This document shows positions 47,904 through 57,373 of a DNA stretch of 64,000 bases, in pieces. A program made the translations under genes and the position numbers. Under the pieces are notes generated by a model, which was not told where the DNA came from, ran no database searches, and worked only from the letters and a program-made list of their open reading frames with translations. The number at the start of each line of letters is the position of its first letter. The stretch's first letter is position 1. Source of the DNA: Parcubacteria group bacterium (GTDB lineage Bacteria; Patescibacteriota; Minisyncoccia; Moranbacterales; GCA-2747515); NCBI GenBank assembly GCA_041660065.1, contig JBAZXC010000001.1:200535-264534 (forward strand). Reading direction: 5' to 3'.

Positions 47904-48938
47904 TTAAAACTGCCTTGTAAATCGGAGATCGCCGCCATGAAACAAGCGAATGTCATCGATCTTGTATTTCATCATTGCCAGGCGTTCCAATCCAAAGCCC
48001 CACGCAAATCCTTGATATTTATTACGCTCATATCCGGCCATTGCAAAAACGTTTTGGTGCACCATGCCGGCACCGCCAATCTCGATCCACCCTGTTTTTT
48101 TACATACACTGCATCCGGTTCCCCCGCATGATGTACACGAAATATCAAATTCAAAACCCGGCTCCACAAACGGGAAATAACTCGGTCGCAAACGCACAGT
48201 AATATCTTTTTTGAAAAATTCCTTGAAAAATGTTTCTGCAATTGATAAAAAATTTGCTACACTCACATCCGGTCCCACCACAAGCGCTTCAAATTGATGA
48301 AATGTGTGCTCGTGTGATGCGTCAGTCGCCTCATTGCGAAACACACGTCCCGGTACAATGATTCTCAGCGGTGGTGTATGCGTTTCCATATAACGCACCT
48401 GCACAGACGATGTTTGCGTGCGCAAAACCGATCCTGCACCTTTCTCTCTTTCCTCCTCTTGTGAGATCCAAAATGTATCTTGCATGTCGCGCCCCGGATG
48501 GTCATCCGGCATGTTGACTGCGTCAAAATTATAAAATTCCGTATCGATATCCGGTCCATCTGCGATCTCAAACCCCAGCGATGTAAAAATATCCTCAATA
48601 TCACGTTGCACGATCGTGATTGGATGCAAATGCCCGCGCAGAGCTTTTTTGCCCGGTGCGGTTACATCGATCCATTCAGATTGCGTATCAATTGCGTTTT
48701 CCAAATCCTCTTGTTTTTCATCAATTGCCTGCTGAATTGCGTGTTTGGCGTCATTTGCCAACGGACCAATCACTTTTTTTTCTTCTGCGGAGAGATCTTT
48801 TAATCCCTTAAGAATCGCGTTAAATGCAGATTTTTTTCCCAGATATGCAACACGTACTTCCTCCAACTCTCCCGAAGACTGTGTCATTGCAACTTTATCC
48901 AATGCGGTTTTTTTTACTCCCAAAATTGTATCTTTCAT
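47904..48938 (-). CDS. pheS: Phenylalanine--tRNA ligase alpha subunit
   Basis: Class II motifs 'FRNEATDASHEHTFHQFE' and 'FPFVEPGFEFDISC...GWIEIGGAGMVHQNVF'. Start taken at MKDTILGVKK. Confidence 0.92.
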   Translation of the reverse strand: MKDTILGVKKTALDKVAMTQSSGELEEVRVAYLGKKSAFNAILKGLKDLSAEEKKVIGPLANDAKHAIQQAIDEKQEDLENAIDTQSEWIDVTAPGKKALRGHLHPITIVQRDIEDIFTSLGFEIADGPDIDTEFYNFDAVNMPDDHPGRDMQDTFWISQEEEREKGAGSVLRTQTSSVQVRYMETHTPPLRIIVPGRVFRNEATDASHEHTFHQFEALVVGPDVSVANFLSIAETFFKEFFKKDITVRLRPSYFPFVEPGFEFDISCTSCGGTGCSVCKKTGWIEIGGAGMVHQNVFAMAGYERNKYQGFAWGFGLERLAMMKYKIDDIRLFHGGDLRFTRQF

Positions 48939-49070
48939 AGAGAAAATTATTATTGTCATTTGTTATCATAACACATGTGCACAAAAAGTGAAGAATGTCA
49001 TACATAACTAAAAAGATCGGGTAACGAGTACTCGATCTAAAAAATATGTAAAAATTTTTATCGTATATTG

Positions 49071-49466
49071 CTACAGGATGACGTACTCCTTTTTTGTATA
49101 CGCGTAGGTAACTGCCGCAATACCCATAGCCATCATTCCCGCGATAAACGTCGCAATGAAGCCAGGGCCTGTTGCGGGTGTTTTTCTAGTCGCAACTTCT
49201 TTCGATATTTTTTCGGTAACAACCTGCGTGTTCTGAGCTGTCTTTACTGTTTCATTTGGCTTTGTCACTGCAGTTGCACCTGCACCATCTTCTTTTTCCG
49301 ATACAAGTTGTTTCAAAGCATCATCAACGCTCAAGGCAGACTCATCATCACCATTTTCGGCTTGTTGTGCATCATATCGATTTGACGAAAAAACAAGATA
49401 CAAGAAAACGCCCACAAACACAAATGCGACAACAACCCCTGAAATAACCCATTGATTCTTATCCAT
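49071..49466 (-). CDS. Hypothetical small membrane protein with N- and C-terminal hydrophobic segments
   Basis: The C-terminus ...KTPATGPGFIATFIAGMMAMGIAAVTYAYTKKEYVIL has a motif + transmembrane segment + basic tail, a sorting-signal-like layout. Confidence 0.4.
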   Translation of the reverse strand: MDKNQWVISGVVVAFVFVGVFLYLVFSSNRYDAQQAENGDDESALSVDDALKQLVSEKEDGAGATAVTKPNETVKTAQNTQVVTEKISKEVATRKTPATGPGFIATFIAGMMAMGIAAVTYAYTKKEYVIL

Positions 49467-49540
49467 AAAGATACGCTCATTAAAAACTTAATACGCCAGT
49501 GTACCATGCATCAAAAAATTGTCAAACTTCTTTTCCTCAT

Positions 49541-50686
49541 TTATTCCCCCATTGGCGCAGAGAAGTTTAACGCGTCATCAATAAAACCTTTTACTGTTTC
49601 ATATGTTGCTACGCCACTCGATACATGCCCGTTGATAAAATATGTCGGTGTAGCGACCACACCAAATTGGGCGGCCTCTGCATCATTATGCGTGACAATC
49701 TCTTTTACACGATCTTCCGCAAGACATCCATGAAATTGCTCAGCATCCATATGCAATCGCGTAATATATGCGTTAAACTTTTCATCTGCTTTTTCTCCCG
49801 TTGTCATGAACCGATAATCTGCAGTGACCAACCGCATAAATTCCTGATATTTTCCTTGTTCACTGGCACATACAGCACCTTGCGCAAGTTTCATTGCCAG
49901 CGCTTGTTGTGCATTTGATAGTGGCTTTACCACAAATCGCACACGATCACCAAATTCTCCCAATAATTTTTCTATAATTGGAAACATCACTCTGCTCTCA
50001 TCAGTAGAAAAATCATCAAAAGCAATGATCGTTACAGGTGCTTGGGCGTTTCCTATGTGTATGCCATCTTGATCCGATGGTTGCGTGATATATTCACCGA
50101 TCGGCACACCGGCACTCGGCGCATCAAAAAAATATGCCCCTTGCCCAGCTTCCTTAAAAAGAATCGCTGCTTGTTGATAGAAGTCTGATTCCGTTATATC
50201 TTTTGCAAACAAAAACGCCGGAATATATTTGATACCCTCTTTTTGCGCATACCGTTTCCCTTCCTCTGTGCGCACATCGATGCGATGTGCTTCTAATGTT
50301 GGAATATATGAACGCAAACGCATCAATACTTCATCTGTCACACAATCGGAACAATCATCCGCATCAAAAAAGTCAACCACGATTTTTGGATCATCATAAC
50401 GCACCCATGTACTACCATCATATTCGATCACCTGTGCATCCTTGATCCCACGCGCTGAAAAGCCCTTTTGCGCAAAAAGCTGCACAACATCGATAAATAA
50501 TGCACCCCCTGCAATTCCGCCAAATAACACGATCAGTGCAATATAGCTTTTTCTCTGTTTGCGCAGTCGGCCATTTTTTTCTTGACATGCAGTATTGCTT
50601 TTTATCACATCTTCCCGCTCCTCAACTATTATTGCCGCGTCATCAAATGTTGATGTACTTTTTTTGTCATTGTTTACCATAAGCAT
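49541..50686 (-). CDS. Membrane-anchored DsbA-family thiol:disulfide oxidoreductase (two thioredoxin-like modules)
   Basis: Transmembrane segment (IALIVLFGGIAGGALFI). 'DADDCSDCV' CxxC motif. C-terminal 'VVATPTYFINGHV' DsbA-type motif. Confidence 0.65.
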   Translation of the reverse strand: MLMVNNDKKSTSTFDDAAIIVEEREDVIKSNTACQEKNGRLRKQRKSYIALIVLFGGIAGGALFIDVVQLFAQKGFSARGIKDAQVIEYDGSTWVRYDDPKIVVDFFDADDCSDCVTDEVLMRLRSYIPTLEAHRIDVRTEEGKRYAQKEGIKYIPAFLFAKDITESDFYQQAAILFKEAGQGAYFFDAPSAGVPIGEYITQPSDQDGIHIGNAQAPVTIIAFDDFSTDESRVMFPIIEKLLGEFGDRVRFVVKPLSNAQQALAMKLAQGAVCASEQGKYQEFMRLVTADYRFMTTGEKADEKFNAYITRLHMDAEQFHGCLAEDRVKEIVTHNDAEAAQFGVVATPTYFINGHVSSGVATYETVKGFIDDALNFSAPMGE

Positions 50687-50732
50687 CTCGTTTTAAAAAC
50701 AAAAAATGATCAGTGCTAAAAAAACAAAATTT

Positions 50733-50951
50733 CTACTCTGTGACCGCAGTAGGATCGCTATCTTCCTGCAGTACCGCTTGCTCTGCGCGATCAATATCAT
50801 ATAAGGTGCCATAGTCAATGACCGTTTCCGGATCATTAAACCCCGTCCGTACATGATTATTTATTACCCTTTTGGCGATTGCGCCCACAAGAAATGCTAC
50901 AACAAAAAGAAAAATCAAGTTCCCACGAGAAAACCTCTTTTTTTCTCCCAT
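50733..50951 (-). CDS. Small hypothetical membrane protein (72 aa)
   Basis: Single transmembrane segment (LIFLFVVAFLVGAIA). Low information content. Confidence 0.3.
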   Translation of the reverse strand: MGEKKRFSRGNLIFLFVVAFLVGAIAKRVINNHVRTGFNDPETVIDYGTLYDIDRAEQAVLQEDSDPTAVTE

Positions 50952-51093
50952 AATCGATAAAATTACAAAAAAAACGATTTGATCCTACCCGCAAAATTAT
51001 TATCATTAACGCTAGCATAATTAATTCGCATATGCAACTTGACATATGCGTTTTTTGTGATTTCTGTTTTTTTGGGATATTTCCCTTTCTATG

Positions 51094-51516
51094 CTAAAAA
51101 AGTTTCTGCACCGATGCATCAAGTGCGTGATTTACCAATGAATCAGCAACCGTGTTTTGCGCACGTGGCACGTGATGGAATGTTACCGCACCAAAATCAA
51201 GCACGCCGTTCCACACAGTGATAAAATACTTTTGCATAGTGGGTTTGGTGATCTTGTATTCATGACGCAATTGCTTTACGACCAATTCGCTATCCAATCT
51301 GCAGATGACATGCGTATTTTTTGCCTTTTGCGATCCGAGAAGCGCTTTGCATTTTTTGAGTGCAAAGATCAATGCCTGATATTCCGCATCGTTATTAGTT
51401 GCATCTCCAATCGTTTCACCATAACGCTTATCATACGTTTTGATCCACACACCAATTGCCGCCGGTCCTGGATTTCCCCGTGAACCACCGTCCGTGTATA
51501 CAATAATCTCTTCCAT
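51094..51516 (-). CDS. rnhA: Ribonuclease HI
   Basis: 'IIVYTDGGSRGNPGPAAIG', 'EYQALIFALK', 'HVPRAQNTVADSLVN'. Confidence 0.9.
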   Translation of the reverse strand: MEEIIVYTDGGSRGNPGPAAIGVWIKTYDKRYGETIGDATNNDAEYQALIFALKKCKALLGSQKAKNTHVICRLDSELVVKQLRHEYKITKPTMQKYFITVWNGVLDFGAVTFHHVPRAQNTVADSLVNHALDASVQKLF

Positions 51517-51645
51517 AAAAAATCCTTTAAATATTTTACTCGCATTTCATTATATCATTATTTGCATTTTTTACTACACAAAAAATGAAAACCGCTTCGT
51601 TGTCGTTACAACAAAGCGGTTTTTTGAGGAGAATTCCCCAATGAA

Positions 51646-52560
51646 TCATTTTAAAGGGATCTGAATGCATACATCCGTCCCCAGACCGGCACCGCGACTT
51701 GATATAGTGATTGTCCCTCCACACACATTTTCAATGGCTTTTTTGCAATATGCAAGACCAATACCCGATCCGCAACGACCTTTTGTTGAAAATCCACAAT
51801 CAAACACATGCGGTAAAGTGTCTGCGGAAATTCCCACACCATTATCAATAACATCAATAGTGACTTGACCATCTTCTTCATAGACATTGATCCATACATA
51901 GGGATCCGTTATGCTTTCGCCAAGCGCATCAATCGAATTAATGATTGCGTTGAGCATGACGCGTGTATAGATTCCGGCGTTTTGTGAGACAACAACACGT
52001 GATTCTTCACATCGATCTCTTTGAAACCGGATATTTTGTTCAGATAGACCACGACTGCTACATGCACCCTTAAGCGCGCTGGAAATAATATCTTCGAAAT
52101 TTCTTACACATGCAACATCATTTGATGAATACATCCGCACAACAATGACCTGTCGGAGTATCTCAGCACAGGCCAACACATTATGCAGATCGTCCTGACT
52201 GAGTTTTCTTTTACATAACTTGTACATCTGATGCTGTCCGCTCAATCCAGTAATGGCATTGTTGATATCATGGATATCATATTTCGTAAAAATACCAATA
52301 TCCGGATCACACAACAAGCTAACCTGCTCAACAACTTTTCCGATGATCCCATACATTTCGTTGATCTTTTCTTTGCCCCTTTCCCCATGTGGCGTAAGAA
52401 GTTCTTGCGCCACCTTGGACATTCTTTCGATGCCCCACACCAGATAAGTCAACAGTGTGATTTTGTTGACAGGTTTTTCAGATGTGGATGATGTATCCTG
52501 AGCATCCTTTGCACTGCATGCCATACCAACCATTCTCGCAGAAATCAATGTCTCATCCAT
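51646..52560 (-). CDS. Soluble GHKL/histidine-kinase-like ATPase (paralog A)
   Basis: C-terminal HATPase_c domain with N box 'MLNAIINSIDA', G1 'IDNGVGI', G2 'GSGIGLAYC'. No transmembrane segment and no obvious DHp H-box. Confidence 0.65.
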   Translation of the reverse strand: MDETLISARMVGMACSAKDAQDTSSTSEKPVNKITLLTYLVWGIERMSKVAQELLTPHGERGKEKINEMYGIIGKVVEQVSLLCDPDIGIFTKYDIHDINNAITGLSGQHQMYKLCKRKLSQDDLHNVLACAEILRQVIVVRMYSSNDVACVRNFEDIISSALKGACSSRGLSEQNIRFQRDRCEESRVVVSQNAGIYTRVMLNAIINSIDALGESITDPYVWINVYEEDGQVTIDVIDNGVGISADTLPHVFDCGFSTKGRCGSGIGLAYCKKAIENVCGGTITISSRGAGLGTDVCIQIPLK

Positions 52561-52664
52561 GCCAAATCCCCTCTCATAGCTATATTTTATTGTTAATATA
52601 CATTGACACATTTTCAGTTCATGTCATTTTGTCTCATAATGACTTATTACCTTAACACATCTTC

Positions 52665-52712
52665 ATAACAAAACCCGAACATCCAGATGAACTGTAGATT
52701 AACTTTTTTAGC
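52665..52712 (-). promoter_or_regulatory. Conserved ~48-nt leader/upstream element, copy A (upstream of GHKL ATPase A)
   Basis: 43/48 identity with 53811-53858, which sits at the same position upstream of paralog B. Confidence 0.5.
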
Positions 52713-52793
52713 TAAAAATAAGTGGCTTCCCAAAAAGAAAACCACTCCGATGGATCATTACACATCAGAGTGGCAAATATTTTATTTTACATT

Positions 52794-53717
52794 TCAATTG
52801 ATCGTGGATTCCTCCCGAATACATATGACATTTTTGCGATGATTGTCCGAAGGAAACACTGTTGCGACAACGCCACGATTATTGCCGTAAAAGTTGACCA
52901 GCTCAATGAAGTCCTGACTTACATCATGCTGTCCGATCACATTGATCATTACTCGCTCATGTTCGATACTCGCCTTGATCCGGATTTCACTCTCCGCATC
53001 ATTATGCGTGCGTACCAAATTGATCAATACTCTTTTCAATACACACAGACAACCAGATGCGTTATGGATGGTGGCATTTTTATCACTTTCAAAAGTACAA
53101 TTGAAAGCAATATTATGCGCACCTACGAGCTTACCGGCTGATCTGACGGCCTCATCCACAACTTCTTGCAAGCCCATTGGTTCTTCAGCAACATTGATTT
53201 CATTTTGCAATCGCGACGTGCAATCTTTGATCGATTGCATCACAGCGCACAATCGTTTGGCCGTAATGCTCTTGAGGTCCGCGAGTTTCATGCCAAGAAC
53301 GCTTTCCAAATGCTCCTGTAAAAAAGCACTGACGCTGTCAACACCTTTTAAATAGACATTCAAAACATCCACACAGCAGAGTAGCCCGTTGTTTGTTCGC
53401 TTGAGCTTATCCACGATACTTTTTTTCCACAGGTCGCCCTTGTTGTCGATGCAAAAACTGAGCACGCGACTCGCAACATTTCGTGTCAGCAGATATAATC
53501 CGTTAACATCTCTCTTTGCTACAACATTGGCTTGCACATCTTTTCCAAAATTTGCAAGTCTTTTTTGAGCCGCGTTACCTACCTGGGACAATGCCCTGGA
53601 AAGCTCGCCTAATTTTTTGAAAAACTCGTTTTTGGATGACTTGTTGATGAGGTCTCCACGCTCAACACATACCCCATTCTCACACAAGCCGCTTTCAATC
53701 GCAGAAATCATTTTCAT
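52794..53717 (-). CDS. GHKL-ATPase-like protein (paralog B, degenerate ATP-lid motifs)
   Basis: RBS gagga-N7-ATG (53717). C-terminal region 'KRVLINLVRTHNDAESEIRIKAS...VMINVIGQHDVSQDF' resembles the HATPase_c N-box region but lacks clear G1/G2 boxes. Confidence 0.5.
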   Translation of the reverse strand: MKMISAIESGLCENGVCVERGDLINKSSKNEFFKKLGELSRALSQVGNAAQKRLANFGKDVQANVVAKRDVNGLYLLTRNVASRVLSFCIDNKGDLWKKSIVDKLKRTNNGLLCCVDVLNVYLKGVDSVSAFLQEHLESVLGMKLADLKSITAKRLCAVMQSIKDCTSRLQNEINVAEEPMGLQEVVDEAVRSAGKLVGAHNIAFNCTFESDKNATIHNASGCLCVLKRVLINLVRTHNDAESEIRIKASIEHERVMINVIGQHDVSQDFIELVNFYGNNRGVVATVFPSDNHRKNVICIREESTIN

Positions 53718-53810
53718 GGCTATATCCTCTATACGTTTGATTGTTAAAAAACAATTTCTTTCTATTCCACCATACCTTATTATGATGATTTGATAGCCTA
53801 CCATACTCAG

Positions 53811-53858
53811 ATAACAAAACACGAACATCCAAATTAACTGTAGATAAACTTTTTTAGG
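53811..53858 (-). promoter_or_regulatory. Conserved ~48-nt leader/upstream element, copy B (upstream of GHKL ATPase B)
   Basis: See copy A. Immediately followed (on the minus strand, preceded) by the perfect-palindrome terminator gggcttttttgacaaaaaaagccc (53856-53882) of the upstream gene. Confidence 0.5.
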
Positions 53859-53967
53859 GCTTTTTTGACAAAAAAAGCCCTTAAAAAAGGCTTTGAAAAT
53901 AATCATGTTTTGAATAGTCTTTGCTGCTTTTTTACACAATCCTCCAACGATTACTCTTTGATCATAC

Positions 53968-55413
53968 TCAATCAAACATCCACCCAAAGAGACTGAATTC
54001 TTTTTGTTGCTGCGTACAAAATCCATCAATAACATCCCGTTTTTCCAAAAGATCATCCAATTGTTGCTGTAAAACACGTTTTTTTGTTTGATCAGTCATA
54101 TCGACAATTGCTTTTTGTACCGATGCGGATCCTTGCTCATACACAGTTGCACGTTCTGCAATGGCAGAAATATCTTTTACGTGCGGTCCGATCAAAAACA
54201 ACACAAAAGCATTGCGTTCTTGGGCATGTGCGACCGACGTCATATCCGCGTCATATGCCGTCTGCATTGCCGTAATAGCTGCTTGTGCATTGGTTTGCAA
54301 CTCCGTATCTTTTTGCAATAGTTCACGATTTTTCTCTTGCTCTTCCATGTCAATGGTATGCTGTTTTTCCTCATCTGCCAGCTCTTGCTTTGTTTTGATC
54401 TGTTGTTTTTGTTCTGCTAATTTTCTTGCAGCCTCTTCTTTTTGCATTTGCTCTGCCGCTATTTTTTGTGCATGCGTCATGCTCGCATCGGAAATTGTTG
54501 ATGCAGATAATGAACATTCCGGCGCAAAATTTCCATTTTTATTTCCTGACAATTTGTTAGATGACATATTGAGCGAGGCTTCCCAAAATTCTGCTCCTGG
54601 ATTTCCTCCGCTTGGCACCTGACAATTCATGCCGTATTTAGCGTTGTCCGTAATTGTATTGTTTTTGATCTTGACTGCACCGGATCTCCCCGTGCCTTTA
54701 TAATATTGTGCCGTAATACCGCTTGCCTTATTTTTTTTGATTTTATTATCACTGATCGTCAAATCAGCTTTGCCCAAGATCACTTCAATACCGCTTTCGC
54801 CGTTACTAAAAATCTCATTGTCTGTAATTGACCCGGCGACATTTGATCGCACGTCAATTCCTTCTTCATCATTATCATAAATCTCACAACCGGTCACCGC
54901 AACCGTAATGCCTGATTGCAAATACATACCCTTATTGCCAGCATGGATATCTGTGTCACGTACCGTCACTTTTCCGCTTCCCGCAACCGTGGCAATGCCC
55001 ACATCTGCGCCGACAATTGCGCTGTCCTCAATCTCTATGCTTGCATCATTATCCACGTCAATGCCATTTTTTCCAGATACTGTTACACCGGACAGCGTAG
55101 CACCATCTTTCAGTGTCACGGATCCTGTGATCGTGACACTGTCACGACTTTTCCCCTCTACACTCACATCCTCACCGATCACGATATTATCACTATATTC
55201 TCCCGCAGAGACAATGATCCGATCACAATCCTTATCCAATGCTTTATCAATATTCTGATAGGGATCATCATCACTGCCATCGCCACCACTATCTGCACTT
55301 TCATCAACATAACACTTATCGGATGCGTACACAAAAACAGGATCTCCTGCAAAGATCGATCCGAAAAACACAAAAAAAATCATCAAAAGTAAAAATAGGA
55401 TTTTTTGTTTCAT
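53968..55413 (-). CDS. Secreted right-handed beta-helix (PbH1/DUF1565-like) protein with C-terminal coiled-coil
   Basis: Signal peptide MKQKILFLLLMIFFVFFGSIFA. 'DDDPYQNIDKALDKDCDRIIVSAGEY' DUF1565/pectate-lyase-like N-motif. Repeated 'G..V..N.I..N' beta-helix turns. About 180-aa Q/E/K-rich coiled coil at the C-terminus. Confidence 0.65.
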   Translation of the reverse strand: MKQKILFLLLMIFFVFFGSIFAGDPVFVYASDKCYVDESADSGGDGSDDDPYQNIDKALDKDCDRIIVSAGEYSDNIVIGEDVSVEGKSRDSVTITGSVTLKDGATLSGVTVSGKNGIDVDNDASIEIEDSAIVGADVGIATVAGSGKVTVRDTDIHAGNKGMYLQSGITVAVTGCEIYDNDEEGIDVRSNVAGSITDNEIFSNGESGIEVILGKADLTISDNKIKKNKASGITAQYYKGTGRSGAVKIKNNTITDNAKYGMNCQVPSGGNPGAEFWEASLNMSSNKLSGNKNGNFAPECSLSASTISDASMTHAQKIAAEQMQKEEAARKLAEQKQQIKTKQELADEEKQHTIDMEEQEKNRELLQKDTELQTNAQAAITAMQTAYDADMTSVAHAQERNAFVLFLIGPHVKDISAIAERATVYEQGSASVQKAIVDMTDQTKKRVLQQQLDDLLEKRDVIDGFCTQQQKEFSLFGWMFD

Positions 55414-55433
55414 GAAGAAATTATAGCAAAGAC

Positions 55434-56447
55434 TTATATGTCTTGCAATTGTGCCTTGACCATTATGCGTCGTGCGTTTGTGCCAAGTGGCCAACACGTC
55501 GTCAATGTTAATTCTTGTGATCGTGATTGTGCAAAGATCCGTGCATCATCCGAAGAAACTTCTTCTTTGAGCGACACAATATAGTCATAGGAGATCTTTT
55601 TGCCATTTACAAATGCCATCGTTACCGTGATCTTATCTCCTGGCGCAAGATCATTCAATCCTTTGAAAACATAATTATACGCACCACCTGACCATGCATA
55701 ATTACTGCTATGTCCCGCGATATAGGCATTGCCACGTTGTCCCGGAAGCGCCGTGCCAGGATAATGTACAACACCGTTTTCAAGATCTTTTTGCAGGGCG
55801 CCTTCATCCGTGCTTGCAGAGAGTACAACCGGTGCTTCCACATCAATTTTGTCGATTGCGATCATAAAAGTGATTTGCGCTTTTCCTGGCGCGACAGGAT
55901 CATAGCCATTGGCAATTTCACGTCCATCCGTATAGCCATCGCCATCCGTGTCGGCTTTTTTTGGATCAGTACCAAAAATATATTCATCATAATACGTCAG
56001 TCCATCATTATCAGGATCATCATCACCGTCGTCAACGACACGTCCGATCATTTCAATCTCCCATTTGTCAGGAATGTGATTATTATTTACATCCAGCACG
56101 CCCTCTCCGCTTGGAGAGTAACCATTCTTCACTTCACGTCCATCCGTATACCCATCACCATCCGTATCAGCATTTTTTGGATCGGTGTTATATGTATATT
56201 CATCAAGCAGCGTCAATCCATCATGATCTTGATCCAATTTGAGATCGATCTCATTTTTTACAACAACATTATATTTTTTCATCCACGCTTGTGCAATACC
56301 AAAATCTCTCTTAGTCGCAACGTCTTCCTCGGCGACATAAGCGATTTTGCGTGAACTATATGCGTTCATACCGCCGGAAATCACAAAATACACGATAAAA
56401 AACGTGATAACAAATGCCCCAATTGTCGATAAAATTCGCATATTCAT
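55434..56447 (-). CDS. Sortase-family transpeptidase with N-terminal thrombospondin-type-3-like Ca-binding repeats
   Basis: Transmembrane anchor. Two 'DTDGDGYTDGRE' TSP3 repeats plus 'DDGDDDPDNDG'. Catalytic 'IAGH' His and 'TLTTCWP' (TLxTC) Cys motif. Confidence 0.75.
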   Translation of the reverse strand: MNMRILSTIGAFVITFFIVYFVISGGMNAYSSRKIAYVAEEDVATKRDFGIAQAWMKKYNVVVKNEIDLKLDQDHDGLTLLDEYTYNTDPKNADTDGDGYTDGREVKNGYSPSGEGVLDVNNNHIPDKWEIEMIGRVVDDGDDDPDNDGLTYYDEYIFGTDPKKADTDGDGYTDGREIANGYDPVAPGKAQITFMIAIDKIDVEAPVVLSASTDEGALQKDLENGVVHYPGTALPGQRGNAYIAGHSSNYAWSGGAYNYVFKGLNDLAPGDKITVTMAFVNGKKISYDYIVSLKEEVSSDDARIFAQSRSQELTLTTCWPLGTNARRIMVKAQLQDI

Positions 56448-56575
56448 TTTTTTACGTGATCAGATACTGATTTTTAATTATAACATTTTTTATTAGTTTT
56501 GTCAACGGATTGTTTTTTAACATGATACATGCTAAACGACAAAAAAAATTAGTGACCCGGAAAATTACCAGGCCA

Positions 56576-57136
56576 CTATTCATCTTTTTTCCTTCGAAGC
56601 AACTTCTTTTTCAGTATAATTGCTTCCTGGGCTGTCTTTGGAGCGAGTTCTGTTATCTTACAAACGGCCTGCATCAACAGGATCGTCTCTCGAAACTCTT
56701 CCTCGGAAAAGTTACTCAGGATTTCCGCAATATCCACTTCAGTGCAAACATTGAAATATTCTGATATGGCACACTTTCGGGAACAATACCCATGAGCTGT
56801 AGCGGCATTCTCATCCTGCAACGCTATCATATACACATATTTGCACTTATGACGACGGTCGCAAGCAAAGCAATTCCGTTGTTCCCTCTTGTCCTTTTTG
56901 TCGCATGCAGAAAATTCAGGACACTCTTCACAATGACAGCGCTTCTTTCCGCCGATGCTCTCTATCGGTATCAAAACGTGACGATTCCCGCATCGAAGCA
57001 CATCGTCGCATGCTAGACATCGTTTTTGGATCACACCACCGTCTTTTGTTAACAAGGTGCATCCATAGATGCAATCGCATCTGATGCATCGCGAAACGAG
57101 GACGTGCCTTCTAACTTTTCCGCTCATTGGCCTCAC
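56576..57136 (-). CDS. Cys-rich hypothetical protein (multiple CxxC pairs; putative zinc-ribbon protein)
   Basis: 19 Cys in the first 130 aa, arranged as CIRCDC, CLACDDVLRC, CHCEEC, CFACDRRHKC, CSRKC. Basic C-terminal tail. Confidence 0.5.
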   Translation of the reverse strand: MRPMSGKVRRHVLVSRCIRCDCIYGCTLLTKDGGVIQKRCLACDDVLRCGNRHVLIPIESIGGKKRCHCEECPEFSACDKKDKREQRNCFACDRRHKCKYVYMIALQDENAATAHGYCSRKCAISEYFNVCTEVDIAEILSNFSEEEFRETILLMQAVCKITELAPKTAQEAIILKKKLLRRKKDE

Positions 57137-57373
57137 CTCCAGTTGTTAAAGTTTTAACCCATAATAACAAAGTACTCTGTGGCAAGATTATAGATGATAA
57201 CTGCATTTTTGTCAAGTCAAAAAGGCAATGTCCAAAAAAAGAGCTGAGTACAAGAATTCAACACAATCCCTGATTTAAGATAGAATGGATTAATGAATAT
57301 GCATCCAAAAAACACCTCACAATCACAATGTTGCAGGGTGCTTTAAAAGTGATTTTTCTCGATTCATCCTCAT

